Source: Rickettsiales bacterium (GTDB lineage: Bacteria > Pseudomonadota > Alphaproteobacteria > Rickettsiales > UBA1997). Taken from it: a stretch of 30,642 nt of DNA. The notes beneath the pieces are model-generated. The model worked only from the letters and a program-made list of their open reading frames with translations. It searched no databases and was not told the origin of the DNA. Where the stretch lies: NCBI GenBank assembly GCA_947455845.1, contig CANGQE010000001.1:1-30642 (forward strand), read 5' to 3'. A program made the position numbers and the translations under genes. Every line of letters starts with the position of its first letter. Position 1 is the stretch's first letter. Positions 30,631 through 30,642 of the stretch are shown here, one piece after another.

Positions 30631-30642
30631 TACCCTAAGTTA

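Overview
AT-rich bacterial chromosomal window with alphaproteobacterial gene content. A Rickettsiales-like but biosynthetically well-equipped lineage is an inference from the hemD-mitofilin-hemY cluster, split PntA, sucCD, RecA style, thiC, purB and pyrD. It holds about 30 CDSs, mostly housekeeping (thiC, msrB, recQ, purB, hslU, engB, rimK, kdsB, DEAD-box helicase, pyrD, dapD, hemD/hemY, sucCD, recA), plus tRNA-Gln(TTG), tRNA-Lys(TTT) and one amber-interrupted GNAT gene. No transposase, integrase, cas gene or CRISPR array was seen. The most striking signal is a dense population of short palindromic repeats (14 loci, five motif groups). Three subfamilies share a 26-nt GTCA-stem7-loop5-stem7-TC architecture with compensatory stem changes, one doublet is inserted in frame (33 codons) in a PAP2 membrane enzyme, one is collapsed, and one carries a nested insert. 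Other candidates: a stand-alone DbpA-type RNA-binding domain paralogous to the helicase C-terminus, a phage-type 2OG-Fe(II) oxygenase, a 39-aa membrane peptide coupled to an hslV-less hslU, a divergent NuoJ-like protein coupled to pyrD, and an orphan transhydrogenase alpha-2 subunit heading an operon that ends in a riboswitch-less thiC. All family assignments come from motif recognition, with no database search.
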